A stretch of 64,000 nucleotides of DNA from Octopus sinensis (lineage: Eukaryota). The notes under the pieces were generated by a model that saw only the letters and a list, made by a program, of their open reading frames with translations, made no database searches and was not told the DNA's origin. The position numbers and the translations under genes were made by a program. Below, in pieces: positions 12,955 to 28,792 of the stretch; within the stretch, counting starts at the first letter, position 1; every line of letters begins with the position of its first letter. Where the stretch lies: the NCBI RefSeq assembly GCF_006345805.1, contig NW_021832551.1, positions 1 through 64,000 of the forward strand, written 5' to 3'.

Positions 12955-13287
12955 TATTATCATTATTATTATTATCTATGTTTGACTTTGGCTTTATGTC
13001 TGTACAAGTTGGCTCCAAGTCTCACCAGAACCTCAAGAGACAACAGGTTGGAAGTTTCTGTGCCATATATTGGGGTTTTTCCTTTTTTGGTGTTGTACTA
13101 GTGAATGTCTAATACATAAAAAAAAAAAAAAAAAAAAATAAATAAATAAAAAAAAAATAATAAAAAAAAAAAGAAAGTTTGTTTTAAACCTTGGGATTAC
13201 ATAGAGAGTATTTTGCGTAGGATATGAGCAGTTCCCATGAGCACTATCTTTTGAATTTCTGCCATTTTGGGGTTTCCTGGTATCCTG

Positions 13288-13344
<57 letters not shown>

Positions 13345-13350
<6 letters not shown>

Positions 13351-13415
13351 TCACTGCCTGGAATCGAACTCGGAATCTTGGGATTAGTAGCTTTCGGTCT
13401 TAACCACTACGCAAC
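13345..13415 (-). mobile_element. short tRNA-like SINE head between (ATT)n and (GAA)n arrays
   Basis: Minus strand reads GCGTAGTGGTTAAG (A box) ... GAGTTCGATTCC (B box); no functional cloverleaf end. Confidence 0.6.
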
Positions 13416-13982
13416 GGGCAGAAGAAGAAGAAGAAGAAAGAAAGAAGAGAAGAAGAAGAAACGAAAGAGAAGAAGAAGAGAAGAAGAGAGAAGAAGAAGA
13501 AGAAGAAGAAAGAAGGAGAAGAGGAAGAGAGAAGAAGAAGGAAGAAGAAGAAGAGAAGAAGAAGAAGAAGGAGGAGGAGGAGGAGGAGGAAAAAGAATGA
13601 GGGAGTGTCATGATAGTAGTTAAATGGTCAAGTGACCTAAACGTGACTCGTTATGGATTATAGCAGTGATTGAGACGGATTTTAATTAAATTCTATGTCT
13701 TTCTGCAGCTGAAGATTGCTCTGCATTTTAAATTGATGTAAGGATTGCGTTGTTCAATTAAATGGAGTTGCATGAAACGATCGTACTGCATTACCTATGG
13801 ATATCCTTGTTGCTTATTTTGATTTTGATCACCTTACTTTGAAATTGTATGGTTAATACCGTACTAAATTCTAGTGTCTCAACTTAGTACCATATTCCTC
13901 TGAATCTAATTTTGCTGAACTCATGTACCATACCCAATATTTATATATATATATATATAATGCTAGATATTATATATGTAAT

Positions 13983-14029
<47 letters not shown>

Positions 14030-14065
14030 TAGATATAATATATATATATATATATATATATAAAG

Positions 14066-14470
14066 TGCAGGAGTGGTTGTGTGGTAAGTAGCTTGCTTAC
14101 CAACTACATGGTCCTGGGTTCAGTCCCACGGCGTGGCAACTTGGGCAAGTGACTTCTACTATAGCCTCAGGCCGACCAAAGCCTTGTGAATGGATTTGGT
14201 AGACGGAAACTGGAAGAAGCCCATCGCATATGAATATATATATGTGTGTGTGTGTGTTTGAGTGTATGTGTATACGTTTGAGTGTCTGTTTTTGACCCCA
14301 CAACATCGCTTAACAACCGATACTTGTGTGTTTACGTCCCAGTAAAATAGAGGTTCGGCAAAGAGACCGATAGAATAAGTACTAGGCTTACAAATAGTAA
14401 GCTCTGGGGTCGATTTGCTCGACTAAAAGCGGTGCTCCAGCATGGCCGAAGTCAAATGACTGAAACAAGT
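14066..14470 (+). mobile_element. tRNA-derived SINE, family B (full length)
   Basis: GCAGGAGTGGTTGTGTGGTAAG..GGGTTCAGTCCC..CTTGGGCAAGTG..CAGCATGGCCG..AATGACTGAAACAAGTAAAA. Confidence 0.9.
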
Positions 14471-15981
14471 AAAAAAAAAAAAAAGAATATGTATATTGAG
14501 ATAATAGCATGAAATGTAATATCAAAAAATTTCACACGAAGATGTATGTTTTCAAAATAGTATTGTATTAAAAATATATGTAAATATATGAAATATCATA
14601 GTCAAGAAGTTTGGTAATTAATGCATCTTACGATCGTTTCACGAATGTTTTGTCAATATAATGGAATCCATTATTGATACACATTGATAGACAATACTTC
14701 CGCTCGTCAGAGATGGAGAAGGTAAAGTCTGTATAATATATCGAATGTAATTTTTAAAATCTGAAAAATATATGAAAAAGGATTTTCGAAAAATAAATTA
14801 AAATTTACTGATTTTGATTTACGTAGGTAGACATTGGTATGAAAATTTTAAAGTTTGTATACATATCCTTGGTAAGTTCATCTCGGTAACCCATGACAAT
14901 TTTGTGTAAGCGGTACCTTATCCTGCATTCCATATTTGAGATGTAGAAAAAAATATATGTTTATATACACACGCACACACATGTATATATACAAACAACG
15001 ACAGGTAGACATGCAGAAGTGAGTTCGCCGAAATAGGAATAAATGCCTTTCGTACTTAAAACTGGCCTACATGAGTATGTACTTTGCGCCGTCAATGCAA
15101 GGAGATGACACCGAGGATTTGGCGAGAAATAAGTACAAAGAATATTTATAGTAAATTTAAATTATATTTTGTTACTGATACAACGTCTGTCTAAATTCAA
15201 TTTAAGATGACCGTTTGACCGAGTTAGGTTCATAATCATTGAAAATGTTACACAGAAAATTAAAAGAAGCGGAAGAGGAAATTGTAGAGAGAAACAATGC
15301 AAGGAAAATGGTGGGGGGTTTGAAATAGAAGAATGAGAAATAAAATACGTTAAGAGAGAGCTAAAAGGATCGAAAGTATAAATGAAGGAAGGAATAAAGG
15401 AAGGAATAATTTAATTTAAGAAGGATAAAGAAAAAAAATAATGGAAAATGGAGAGAAATGGAAGAAGGAATAAAGGGGGCAGAAAGATAGGAACGAAAGA
15501 ATAAGAGAAGCAAAGAGCGGCATAGAATGGAAGATGTGTGAAGGAATTAGAGAGAAGGATAGAGGAAAAAGAAAAGAAAGAATGAGAGAAAAAGATAAAG
15601 AAATTATTAGAGAGAGAGAGAGAGGAATAAAAGGGAGAGAGAGTGAAGAATAAAAGGGAGAGAGGGGGGAGGGAGGAGAGTGTGCATAATGTGTTTTAAT
15701 AGAAAATGGAAAGAAAGAAGAAAGAAAGGAAGGAAGGAAAAGAAGGATTTCAGCCTTAGTGAATAACAGGCAGGATTTTATGTAATCAACCAATGTGGAA
15801 CAGACGTGGTGATAATGAAATGTACATGTTCTCTTTTCAAAACACGAACACACACATAGACACAGAGACACATGTTTAGACATGCATATACACATATAAT
15901 GTAAATACATATATACATATATACGTATATTCGCAACATATATGTGTGTGGGTGGGGTGTGTAAATATATAAAATGTATAT

Positions 15982-16018
<37 letters not shown>

Positions 16019-16246
16019 TATATATAGATGTATATGTATGTATATAATATATATATATAGATATATATATAATATTATATATATGTATATGTATATGGAT
16101 ATATGTATATAATATATATATATATAATATATATATATGTAATGTATATATATATATATATATACTATAATATATATATATATGTATATGTATGTATATA
16201 TATATATATATATATATAGTATATGTATGTATATATACATATATAG

Positions 16247-16293
<47 letters not shown>

Positions 16294-16294
16294 T

Positions 16295-16325
<31 letters not shown>

Positions 16326-16535
16326 GGTGTGTGTATGTATGTATTATACGTATTTAGATTTATGATAATTACAATGGACTCATATGTTCTCGCACAGAAT
16401 CTCATCTCCGTACTAACACAAACGACACATACACCACAAATGCAAATATGTGCGTGTATGCATAAACATGTATGCGTGTGTATGTATGTATGTATATGTG
16501 CATGAGTGCACATGCATATGCATCAAGTGTGTATG

Positions 16536-16568
<33 letters not shown>

Positions 16569-16783
16569 ATATATGTTTGTGAGTCAATACACATGCGTAT
16601 GTTTTTGTTGATACGTAAATGCTAACAATGTGTGCAATCCGTTATGATAATTATATATATTGTGTATATATTATATATATATATATTATATATATATATA
16701 ACATATATATATATAATATATATATAAAATATTATATATATATACATATTATATATATATTATATATATATATATATATATAA

Positions 16784-16831
<48 letters not shown>

Positions 16832-17497
16832 ATATATATCTGCATACATGCATACATGCATATAGAGAGAATAGTGCCTGGTTAGATAGCAGACAGCAAA
16901 ACAGTAAAGAGAGCGGGAAGTTATGTGTTAATGGGGCGAGGTAGAAGGGTGAGAGGGAGAGATAATAGGGAAGAATCAAGAGCGGCAGATTTATGTCCGA
17001 TGGGACATGTTTGGGAAATGCTTTTCATAGGTATGCAGTCATTGTTATTTTTTGATTTGGTTTGGGTTTTTTTTTTGTTTCGGAGTTGTTTTGCAGTTAT
17101 TCATTTATTTTATTTTATTTTTATTTTATTTATTTATTTTTTTTTTTTTTTTTTGAGAAATAAATAAGATAAATGTAACGAGGAGAGAAAAAAAAAATTA
17201 TTCGAAACGAAACGAAAAGATATTCATTGGAAAATTTTTGCAAAGATTGCAAGCAGATATGATAAAAATATCGAAAGTTTAAAAACGCTGTATGCATAGA
17301 CGTACGTACGTATTTAAGTATGTATGTACGTACGTACGTACGTATGTATGTATGTATGAATCTAACAGACAATGTATATGCATAGATGCGTAGATACAAG
17401 CAGAAGACAATGAGGGAGAGATACCAACATCCCTTTCACACTACCAAATAAAGAAACGTAACAGCTACTCATTCAAGCATATACATGAATATATAGA

Positions 17498-17540
<43 letters not shown>

Positions 17541-17545
17541 TATAT

Positions 17546-17582
<37 letters not shown>

Positions 17583-17863
17583 CGACTATGAGTATGTCTA
17601 CCGGATGTAGTTATGCTTTATTACAATCACAAGCTTATATAAATTTAAATGTAGAAGTAAATAATACCTTTTAAGCGAATATATATGTGTATACGCACAT
17701 ACCTGTGTGTGCTTGTACACGTGTGTACTTTAATGGAAAACATATACATACTCGCGAGCACACACACACATACACACACATACACACTCTCTTTCTCTCG
17801 CGGGCACCCCACCACATATACACTCACTCATATACATGTTTGCATATCTATCTATCTATCTAT

Positions 17864-17904
<41 letters not shown>

Positions 17905-18367
17905 ATATATATATATTATATTATATATATATATATATATATATATTATATTATATATATATATAGATATATGGATCTATTTATACACAAATCTATGCAT
18001 GTGCATATACCAGCATAGATATTAACATGTGTATTTGCACACACATATTTTTGCATGATGTGTATTACATGTAGTATATATATAATATATATATATGTAT
18101 ATACATGGATATATGTATAATATATATATATATAACCATATGTATATGCATGCATATAGATATGGGTATGTATGCATAATAACATATATATCTTTATGTA
18201 TAAATATACACATGCATACAAACGCATGTGTTCAGACAAACAGGCACACACATTTATATATACATGCATTCATTCAAACATGCATATCTACTATAGTGTG
18301 TGCTTATTATTCCAGGTATATATAAAACATATAATATATAATGTGTATATATAATGTGTGTGTATGC

Positions 18368-18415
<48 letters not shown>

Positions 18416-19695
18416 GTAAACGTATATCCTTTTTCATAACTGTGTGTATGTATGTGGGTATTATATCACCGTTTAAATGTATCTGTAAGTATACAAACAC
18501 CAGCGCGCGCACATGATTATTAAGAACTTACAATTTTGAATCGCTCTTCAGATTTTCTCATTTTCTTAGTTCATGAGATTGACACATTGAAAGATCAGGG
18601 TCGAAAACTTGCTAGAAGCAGCTCACACTGACTGAGCTTTCAATGAAGAATATTATTCCACTCTAGCTAACAATATTGAGTACATTCTTTGGCTTAATTG
18701 CATTTCAACCATAGTGTCTCTATCATACACACATCCATACATACACACACACGTATTCGTATATATATATATATATATATACAAAGGGAGAGAGAGAGAG
18801 AGACAGAAGACAGAGAAAGTGAGAGAGAGAGAGAGAGAGGGAGAAAGAGTGAAAGATCAATACACACACATATGTATATACGGACATATGCATATGAATA
18901 TATGAATTTATATATACATATATATGCATAAATACATATATATATGCATATATATATACGTATATATATGTATGTGTGTAAAAATATATATATATAATCA
19001 CATTTACATATGTATATATGAATGCATTGATGCATGTTTAAGCATGTGTATAAGGCAATGATATAAATACATTTCCATGTATTCGCTTATGAAAATGAGG
19101 AAGCCGACGGCTGGGAACTATACATACATGCATATATATATGCATATATATATATATATATTCATATATATATACGTATATATATACATACATGAATACA
19201 TATATGTATATATGTGTATATATACATATATATATGTATATATATATATATACATATACTATGTATATATTACGTATATATATATTGTATATATATATAC
19301 TATATGTTATATATAATATATATATACTATATATATATATATATATATGTATATACATACATATATATATAATATATAATAGATATATATGTATGTATGT
19401 AGTATATATATATGCCTATACATAAATGCTTCTGTGTGTGCTAGTGTGTCTATGTGATATTATCTGCCGATGTGAAAAGATGAAGGCCTGCAATTCAGTT
19501 AGCGCGGAATGTACAATGCGCTACAATGGCGGCATACACAGCTGAATAAATGAAAAACTACATTTTTTTTTATGGATTTCCTAGTGAGATATTTTCATGG
19601 GATCAAAACAAGTGAATAGAGAGGAAACGATAGAATCAATAACTGTTAACAATAACACTAACATTAACAACAACATTATTAACAAACAACAATGC

Positions 19696-19738
<43 letters not shown>

Positions 19739-20180
19739 TAGTAGTAGTAGTATTGACGGCAACAACTGGAATGAGAGCTCCAATGTCGCCGCCAGCAGTT
19801 GTATTAAGAGCAGCGATTACAAAAATATGAACATGTATGAATTTTGTGTTTCTAACCACACACATATATATATGTATATATAGTATATATATATATATCT
19901 ATATATATATATATATATATATATAAATGTATGTGTATGTTGTATATATATATATTAATATATATATATACATACTTCTATATAAGTAATATATATATAG
20001 TTTAATATCTGTATGTATATAATATATATATACATATATATATGTGATATATATCTATCTATATATATATATATATACACGTGTCTTTGTATCTGTTATA
20101 AATGCGTGTGTATATGTAAATAGATATATGTATATATGTACGTAAGCATATAAGTATATATGTATGCATTCGTCTGTGTT

Positions 20181-20225
<45 letters not shown>

Positions 20226-20639
20226 TGTGTGTGTGTCTGTGTGTGTCTGTGTGTGTCTGTGTGTCTGTGTGTGTGTATGTGTTTGTGCGCGCATGTGTGT
20301 ATATATGTATATATGTAAGCCGCTAATATAACATGGAAATTAAAACCTTCAGCTTACCAAATTATATTCATATATTCATAACATATCTTTCTTTTCAAAG
20401 AATCCTAGGCGGAAATATCAGCCAGTAGGTTTCTTCGTTTTTTTCTTTTCTTTTCTTTTTTTTTTATGAGAGCTTTTAAAATGCTCGAAAACACACCAAG
20501 ATCGATACTTGTAAAATGCAGCCGACGGAACTGGCTTGTATCCCCTAATTTACTTTCCAAGACCATATTACCTTTGTCTTATTCCTTTTAAGGAACATTG
20601 CAAATCTTCCAATCCGTTCTTTTATACCTTTCTTACTTC

Positions 20640-20750
20640 GATGTAGTTGTGGTTGAATGGTTAAGTCGTTTGCTTGCCAATCACGAGGTATCCTGTTCGA
20701 TCCCATTATACCTTTATTTTGGTATGTGCCTTCTCCTGTAGCTTGATTTA
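20640..20750 (+). mobile_element. SINE family B, degenerate 5' part
   Basis: GTGGTTGAATGGTTAAG..TGTTCGATCCC. Confidence 0.55.
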
Positions 20751-21217
20751 TATACATTTGGGGGGAAACTACGCTACACAAGATGTGAAATGTAATTATA
20801 ATTATTCTGCTTAACGCTTGTGCTCGATTTTTCGAGATTTCTCCATCGATCAGATGGCGAAAGCCAGTACGAGATGGAATTCAAAGCGCTGAAGTTCATC
20901 TCCTAAATTTCAGTTGAATGGTGTTTGGGAGATGAAAACTGTGTAGGAACCTGTACAAGGCACACCTAATACGTTGCCTCGTTTAACATCCTTCTTAATA
21001 TAAGGGTCCTTTTGTAAGATCCACTCCGTTACATTCATTTGTAACAGGCTTTAATTCGCTCCCACATTGCATCAGTTTCAGATGTTGAGATATGTATCAT
21101 GTGGCTCATGCCCCCCCCCCCCTTCTTCGGTATAAGCCACTATTGGCTGTGTAGTATAAACACATCAGAGTTAAAAGCAAACACACACACACACACGTAC
21201 ACACACGTATGTGTGTG

Positions 21218-22438
<1,221 letters not shown>

Positions 22439-22984
22439 GCCTGATATATAAAACGTACATATATTCATGTAGATATATATATAGGGATATGTATAGAGAG
22501 AAACGAAAACTAAAAATATTCAAAAGATAAAAATTCATGTAGAGGTATATAAATATTTATAAATTACAAAATACATTTATATTGAGTTCAAAAGCACAAA
22601 ATATTAAAAGGAGAAAGCATGGTATTTTAAGCCCGACTGCTGTTTCTGGAGGCTCGGAATTATGTAATAGTTGTAATGTTGGCAAGGGTGTGTAAAAGAC
22701 GCATATAAACATTCCTGTGAGAATGGCTTCGTTGGTCATGGTGGAATGATCGGCAAATAGTGGCTGTATATAGCGGCAGAAGTGTTGCTGACAGTCATTG
22801 TTTTTGACATCTAGGAAGTCATACATGTTGACGATTTGACAGGCATCATGTATGTGTGTACGTACGAACGTACGTATCTATGTATGTATGTATGCATGTA
22901 TGCATGTATGCATGTATGTATGTATGTATGTATGTATGTATGTATGTATGTATGTATGTATGTATGTATGTATGTATGTATGCT

Positions 22985-23165
22985 CTTTTACTCTTTTACC
23001 TGTTTCAGTCATTTGACTGCGGCCATGCTGAAGCACCGCCTTTAGTCGAGCAAATCATTATAAGCCTAGTACCTATTCTATTGGGCTCTTTTGCCGAACC
23101 GCTGAGTTACAGGGACGTAAACACACCAGCATCTGTTGTCAAGCGATGTAGGGGGGAGGAGCAAA
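22985..23165 (-). mobile_element. SINE family B 3' half
   Basis: CTCTTTTACTCTTTTACCTGTTTCAGTCATTTGACTGCGGCCATGCTG. Confidence 0.85.
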
Positions 23166-23516
23166 CACAGGCACGCAAACACACACACATACTTATATAT
23201 ACATATACATATATGTTACAGCCTTATATATATAATTAGGTATAAGGATAAAAATTATATAAGAATTTATCAAATAGCCAGCGTGAAAAAACCACTTAAG
23301 GGAAGAATTTCTACAAAATATATAATTATTCCCTTTAAATGCATTGGAAGCAGTACTGCGGATATCCCAACACATGAGCTGGAGACATGAGCGCCTCAAG
23401 CACTTCTCATAAGGAATTCCGGAAGGAGCTTCGTGAGACTACCACAGGTATGCTTCCGACAGATTTCTGTAACCGTTGGAAAATCGACTATAACATTGAC
23501 TCCATTAATTCCTAGC

Positions 23517-23558
23517 AATATCTGAAGAAGGAATTTTTATATTCTGAAATATCATATT
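23517..23558 (+). ncRNA. minimal type-I hammerhead ribozyme (extra A after A9)
   Basis: AAUAU-CUGAAGA-A-GGAAU(UUUUAU)AUUCU-GAAA-UA-U-C|AUAUU: 5-bp stem I, 5-bp stem II, palindromic AUAU stem III. Confidence 0.7.
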
Positions 23559-23659
23559 AGACTATGAATAATTAAATCATTTATAACAGTTATTATAGTC
23601 CACTCTGCATAGTTGTGCCATTCCATACAGGTTACATTATATATATATATATATATAAA

Positions 23660-23793
23660 GACAGAGAGAGAGAGAGAGAGAAAGTCTTTTACGTTTCGAG
23701 CCTACGCTCTTCTACAGAAAGGGACACGGAAAACAAGGAGAGGAACAAGGAGAGAAAAAATGAGTGTAGTGGCTAATGATCTATCTTGGCGTC

Positions 23794-23797
<4 letters not shown>
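23660..23797 (-). mobile_element. (TA)n-flanked short PLE-type element carrying an HHR-like motif (23686-23721) with a CUGUAGA core
   Basis: CUUU-CUGUAGA-A-GAGC(GUAG)GCUC-GAAA-CG-U-A|AAAG; a second copy lies at 56515-56702. Confidence 0.65.
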
Positions 23798-23825
<28 letters not shown>

Positions 23826-24639
23826 GACCTCGAACCCTCAAGAGTAAAGAAGAAAGACAGAGACAGGCAAGAAACAAGGAAAATAGCCCTTGTATTTGAA
23901 TACTATGCAAATATTCTTTTAAAAAACTTTTCTTTTAATTTTTCCCAAATTTAATTGTTTTCCATATTGTAAGCCAGAGAGAAAAAAACCCAAATAAATA
24001 TAAATTACAGATTTACCTACCTTTTACTACAAAATAAATAAGTGAACGACTTCCTCCCTTAGCAACATATTTTCCTTAGCAATTTTATCTTTCAACTCTC
24101 ATTCTGATGAACAATGCGAAACCGGTCCTTCAATTATGTATTCTCGTTTATCACTGAAGCATTTATCATCGATCTGGGATATCAAGGTACATACCATTGT
24201 GAACCATATACAAAATGAAAGCATTGCGCCTGTTTCAAAAAGTTTCTTTCTGGGAAGTATCGCAACCACTTTAATTTCTCACCATAGCGCTCCCATAATA
24301 TTTTTCCACATTCTTATATGCTCACAATGTTCCCAACTAGGTGCTACTGCCCAAGGTTAAAAGCTCTGGTTTAGACTGACAAAGGTCAAATTTCTGCCGC
24401 TTTTTCGGGAATTAAGTATATTATCTCAACTCCTTATTTTCCATCTTTCCTCAAGTTGCTTCGATATTACAATAATTTCTTGTATTAAAATAACTAATGC
24501 CCCCTTAAAAATACTCAAGCTCACTAACTGTATATCTTATCCTTAATGTTCTGGCTGGTTATTGTGTAACAATCACTAAGCTGGGGCAAGTTGACTGTTT
24601 AGGGGAAACATGAAGAGTGAGAACAGTTATTTCCAACTC

Positions 24640-25460
24640 AACAGGATGTTCGGGCTAAATTCGACGATATTTGATATCTTCTCTTTTTTTAGGAACTATT
24701 TCATGTACTGGTGGACAGTTAACCGCATTGGAGAGTAAAACGATTCAAGCCGTAGCTGAGAACAAGTTAGCTGACCTGAAATATTGAAAGCCATCTGAAG
24801 ACGAGAAAAGTGTTACGTGTACCATAATTGTTCGCGCCGGGTACGAAAATACCGACATCGAAACTGCAGTTCAACGCTCTGCGGACATTGTCAATGCTGT
24901 AAGAGGTGACATGAACAGCTGAAACGGAGTCTACGAAGCCGTCGCTATGAGGAACTGTCATGGTGGGTCTGTGTGACGAGGGTGACGTAATGGCTCACCT
25001 ACATATTTGAACTGGGCCATAGGCTCAATTCAAAGGGTTAAGTCAAGCTGCTGGAGACTGTGGTCAAATTCTTTGCTGAAGAAGGTTACTGCTAGAAGGC
25101 CATATGTGTGGCAGGAGGATTCAACTTCTTGCCATGCCGCCAGAAAGAGTCAGAAATGGTTGTCGGAAGGCGGAGGCGGCGAGCTGGCAGAAACGTTAGC
25201 ACGCCGGGCGAAATACTTACCGATATTTCGTCTGCCGTTGCGTTCTGAGTTCAAATTCAGCCGAGGTTGACTTTGCCTTTCATCCTTTCGGGGTCGATAA
25301 ATAAAGTACCAGTTACGTACTAGGGTCGACGTAATCGAAGAGAATTTCTGCAACTTCTCCAAACCCAATTTCTGGTCTCTTAATTTCCCTGATTATGATT
25401 CCATGGATTACTGTGTGTTGGGCACGGTTGAAGAAGACACAAAGCACTCTGCTTGCAACA
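24640..25460 (+). pseudogene. maT/DD37D-like transposase remnant with an inserted SINE
   Basis: KPSEDEK..RPYVWQEDSTSCHAARKSQKWLSE[SINE]NFCNFSKPNFWSLNFPDYDSMDY; D-to-D spacing is about 37 after removing the SINE. Confidence 0.85.
25170..25336 (+). mobile_element. SINE family A inserted in the maT transposase
   Basis: Full head and core; GAAG on both sides (possible TSD). Confidence 0.9.
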
Positions 25461-25883
25461 CTTAGGCCAAGATGATTACTATTTGAATAGAATATTGTGT
25501 CTGTTTTTCCTTTTATGGAAAATGACAAATTTACCCCGAACAAAATTTAATATTATTTTCATACTCTTTTCATATATTAAAATCATATCTCTGCAATTAA
25601 AGGACAAATATTTTTACCAAAAATCTATTTAAAAAATCTGGGCCAATTGGCTTTGTGTTCGGAACCCTTTTACATACTATCCTACTTATGTACTGTTTAA
25701 AGCATGTTGAACATTCGTCAGATTATTATAGAAGCACCCCCCCCCCCCCGCACCAATTTATTTATTAGGCTTATATAAATTTAAGTACGTGTGCGCGTGC
25801 ATCTGCGTGTGTGCGTGTATATGCATAACTCCCTCCCACTTGCTTTGACTCTCTCTCTCTCTCTTTCTGAATACATATAAATA

Positions 25884-25962
<79 letters not shown>

Positions 25963-25999
25963 CATATATATATATACATATATATATATGTGTATATGT

Positions 26000-26332
26000 A
26001 TGTATGTATATCAGAGAGAGAAAGAAAGCAAGGTCTATGGATATCTATCTACACACACACACACACCACACACACACATATATATATATCAATATATTAA
26101 TGTATCCATGCTTTTATGCAGGTATATATCATTGTAATATATATTAAATAGATATTATTTATAGTATATATAATATATATATACCTAAAATAGTATATAA
26201 AATATGTATATCATATATATATATATATATGTTTACACACACACATGCATACATACATATCTATGTATGTGTATATGTATGTATGCATGTATGTATATCA
26301 GAGAGAGGAAGAAAGCAAGGTCTATGGATATC

Positions 26333-26401
<69 letters not shown>

Positions 26402-26515
26402 ATGCTTTTATGCAGGTATATATCATTGTAATATATATTAAATGGATATTATTTATAGTATATATAATATATATACCTATAATAGTATATAAAATATATA
26501 TATCATATATATATA
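26000..26515. repeat. tandem duplication, period about 287 bp
   Basis: TCAGAGAGAG..AAGCAAGGTCTATGGATATC at 26011 and 26298; the shared ATCCATGCTTTTATGCAGG block follows in both copies. Confidence 0.9.
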
Positions 26516-27027
26516 TTCACACACACGCACGCACACACACATGCATACATGCATACATACCATACATACATACACACATGTACATACATACATACAAACA
26601 TGTACATACATACATACATACATACATGCATAAATGTACGCATGCATGCATACAGACATACACGTATGCATGCATTCTTTGGGAAATAATCTATTAGTTT
26701 TGAAGTTTGGTAAATAAAGGATGTTGTGTATGAATAAAAGGAATTGGAATTATACCTTCAGCACCATCCTTGAAAGATTCTTCAAAAAAGTTATTTGATT
26801 GAAAATTCAATTGAATTCTATAACATGTCACGGTTTCTGCACCTGTTACCTTCATGTTTGTGTGTATGCACGCATGCATGTTTGCATATATGCATGTAAT
26901 TTTTTCTGTATATGAACTTATGCAAGTATGTGTGCGTATGTATATATGTATATTTGTATCTATGCCCGCTTGAATATGTGTCTATTCTTTGTATATATAT
27001 ATATATATATGTATGTATATATATATA

Positions 27028-27075
<48 letters not shown>

Positions 27076-27412
27076 TATTTTTTGTTAATTATTTGAATTC
27101 GTCTTCACAATTCTTATTTGAATTCTTCTTGTAAGTGAAGTGGTTTGTAACAAAGAAACTAAGTTGTGTCGTAAGATCTTTGAAAGCAACAACGTCGAAG
27201 AATAGTTACCTGTTGAAATTTTCAGTCTTGAATATATCTACTGTTTTGATTTCAGATTGCATATTAAAGTACCTGTGAATATATGTATATTTATATGGGG
27301 ATGTATGCACGCACATCATGCGAATGGAAGAATGTATTATGCGTGTATATGTGAGTACTTGAAGCTATGTGTGACTCTGTGTGTATGTGTTTACATTGAT
27401 ATTTAAAATATA

Positions 27413-27484
<72 letters not shown>

Positions 27485-27645
27485 AAAAAAAAATGTACTC
27501 CATCTAGAGAGAGATAATATCAATTTGATACACAACCGAAAGAGCTGAAAATAATTTCATGCTTTTATGATACTTTAAATAGACATATATACACCATTTA
27601 CCTTCAAGCAATCTTTCAGGCTCTGCCTATGCGGTTTATACATAC

Positions 27646-27753
<108 letters not shown>

Positions 27754-28792
27754 AAAACAAGGACGCTGGACAGTGAGTAAATAAGAATAAACGTGAAAAA
27801 AAACAAAAAAACGTGAGGAAGGTTGCTGCAAAAACTGGAACGAGAAGACGGAAACGAAACCAAGAAAACTAAGATCCCTGTCCTCTCTGATTACAGAATT
27901 CTCAATTAATACAGCTAGCATAAAACAAAGTAAGTGAAAATACGCCAGTGTCTGCGCGACAGCAACACAATTCGGAGCGGTTGGTGTCCTCCAATTCGAT
28001 AAAAGAAACCCGTTCATTTGTTTACATCCTGCTAAAAAAATTTATATAGAAACAAACATAGGCTCATTATATTCATTAATACATGCATCCACATAAGTAC
28101 AGACAAGCCGGTATGCCCTTACACATGCATGCAATATATCTATGAATGTTTGTGTACTTGTGTGTGCGTGTGTATGTACAAATGCCTTGGTATTCGTTTG
28201 TGGTACGTAACTGGTACCTAGGTACGTCTCTGCGATGCTCTCTACAATGCCTTACGCATACGTTATAAATTGCGATGTGAGCGCGCGTTTTTTATATGGC
28301 TTCTTTATAATTTTCTGATCCGTAAGCTGGTTGAATCAGCAGCCGATACATGAGATTCAGAATAACACGATACTTAAGATTTAAGCGAAAAATTATTATA
28401 TTAGTTGAAATAAATTTGGTTCACATATTGTAAAATATGTCTGGCTTTTGCGTTTTTGTGTCTGTTCGTTTTCATTTTTGCGTCCGGTTAGTTATGCAAT
28501 AAAGCAGCGAGGTTCTCACGCCATTTTGGATCTTTTAAAGCTCGCTTGAAGTTTTTGTTTCTATTTGACTTCTCACATCTCTCTCTCACTCTCTCTCTCT
28601 CCCCCTCTCTCTCTCTCTCACTCTCTCTCTCTCCTCGACCGATCGAGTAATCTTGAAAGTCCATGTAGTTTATAAAACAGCAGCTGAAAACTTTTTTGTT
28701 TTGTTTTACACCACGTATTGAGTACTTTCTCGAATATACGCTGTGAAACACACATATATAGACTCTCGGGGATGCATAAATATATAAAGTCA

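Noticed and set aside
20462-20515. GAGC..GCTC-GAAA hairpin resembling HHR stem II
   Set aside because: The core reads TTTATGA and no stem I or III forms.
27213-27271. Possible 63-nt minus-strand exon (YFNMQSEIKTVDIFKTENFN)
   Set aside because: The acceptor lacks a polypyrimidine tract and there is no supporting homology.
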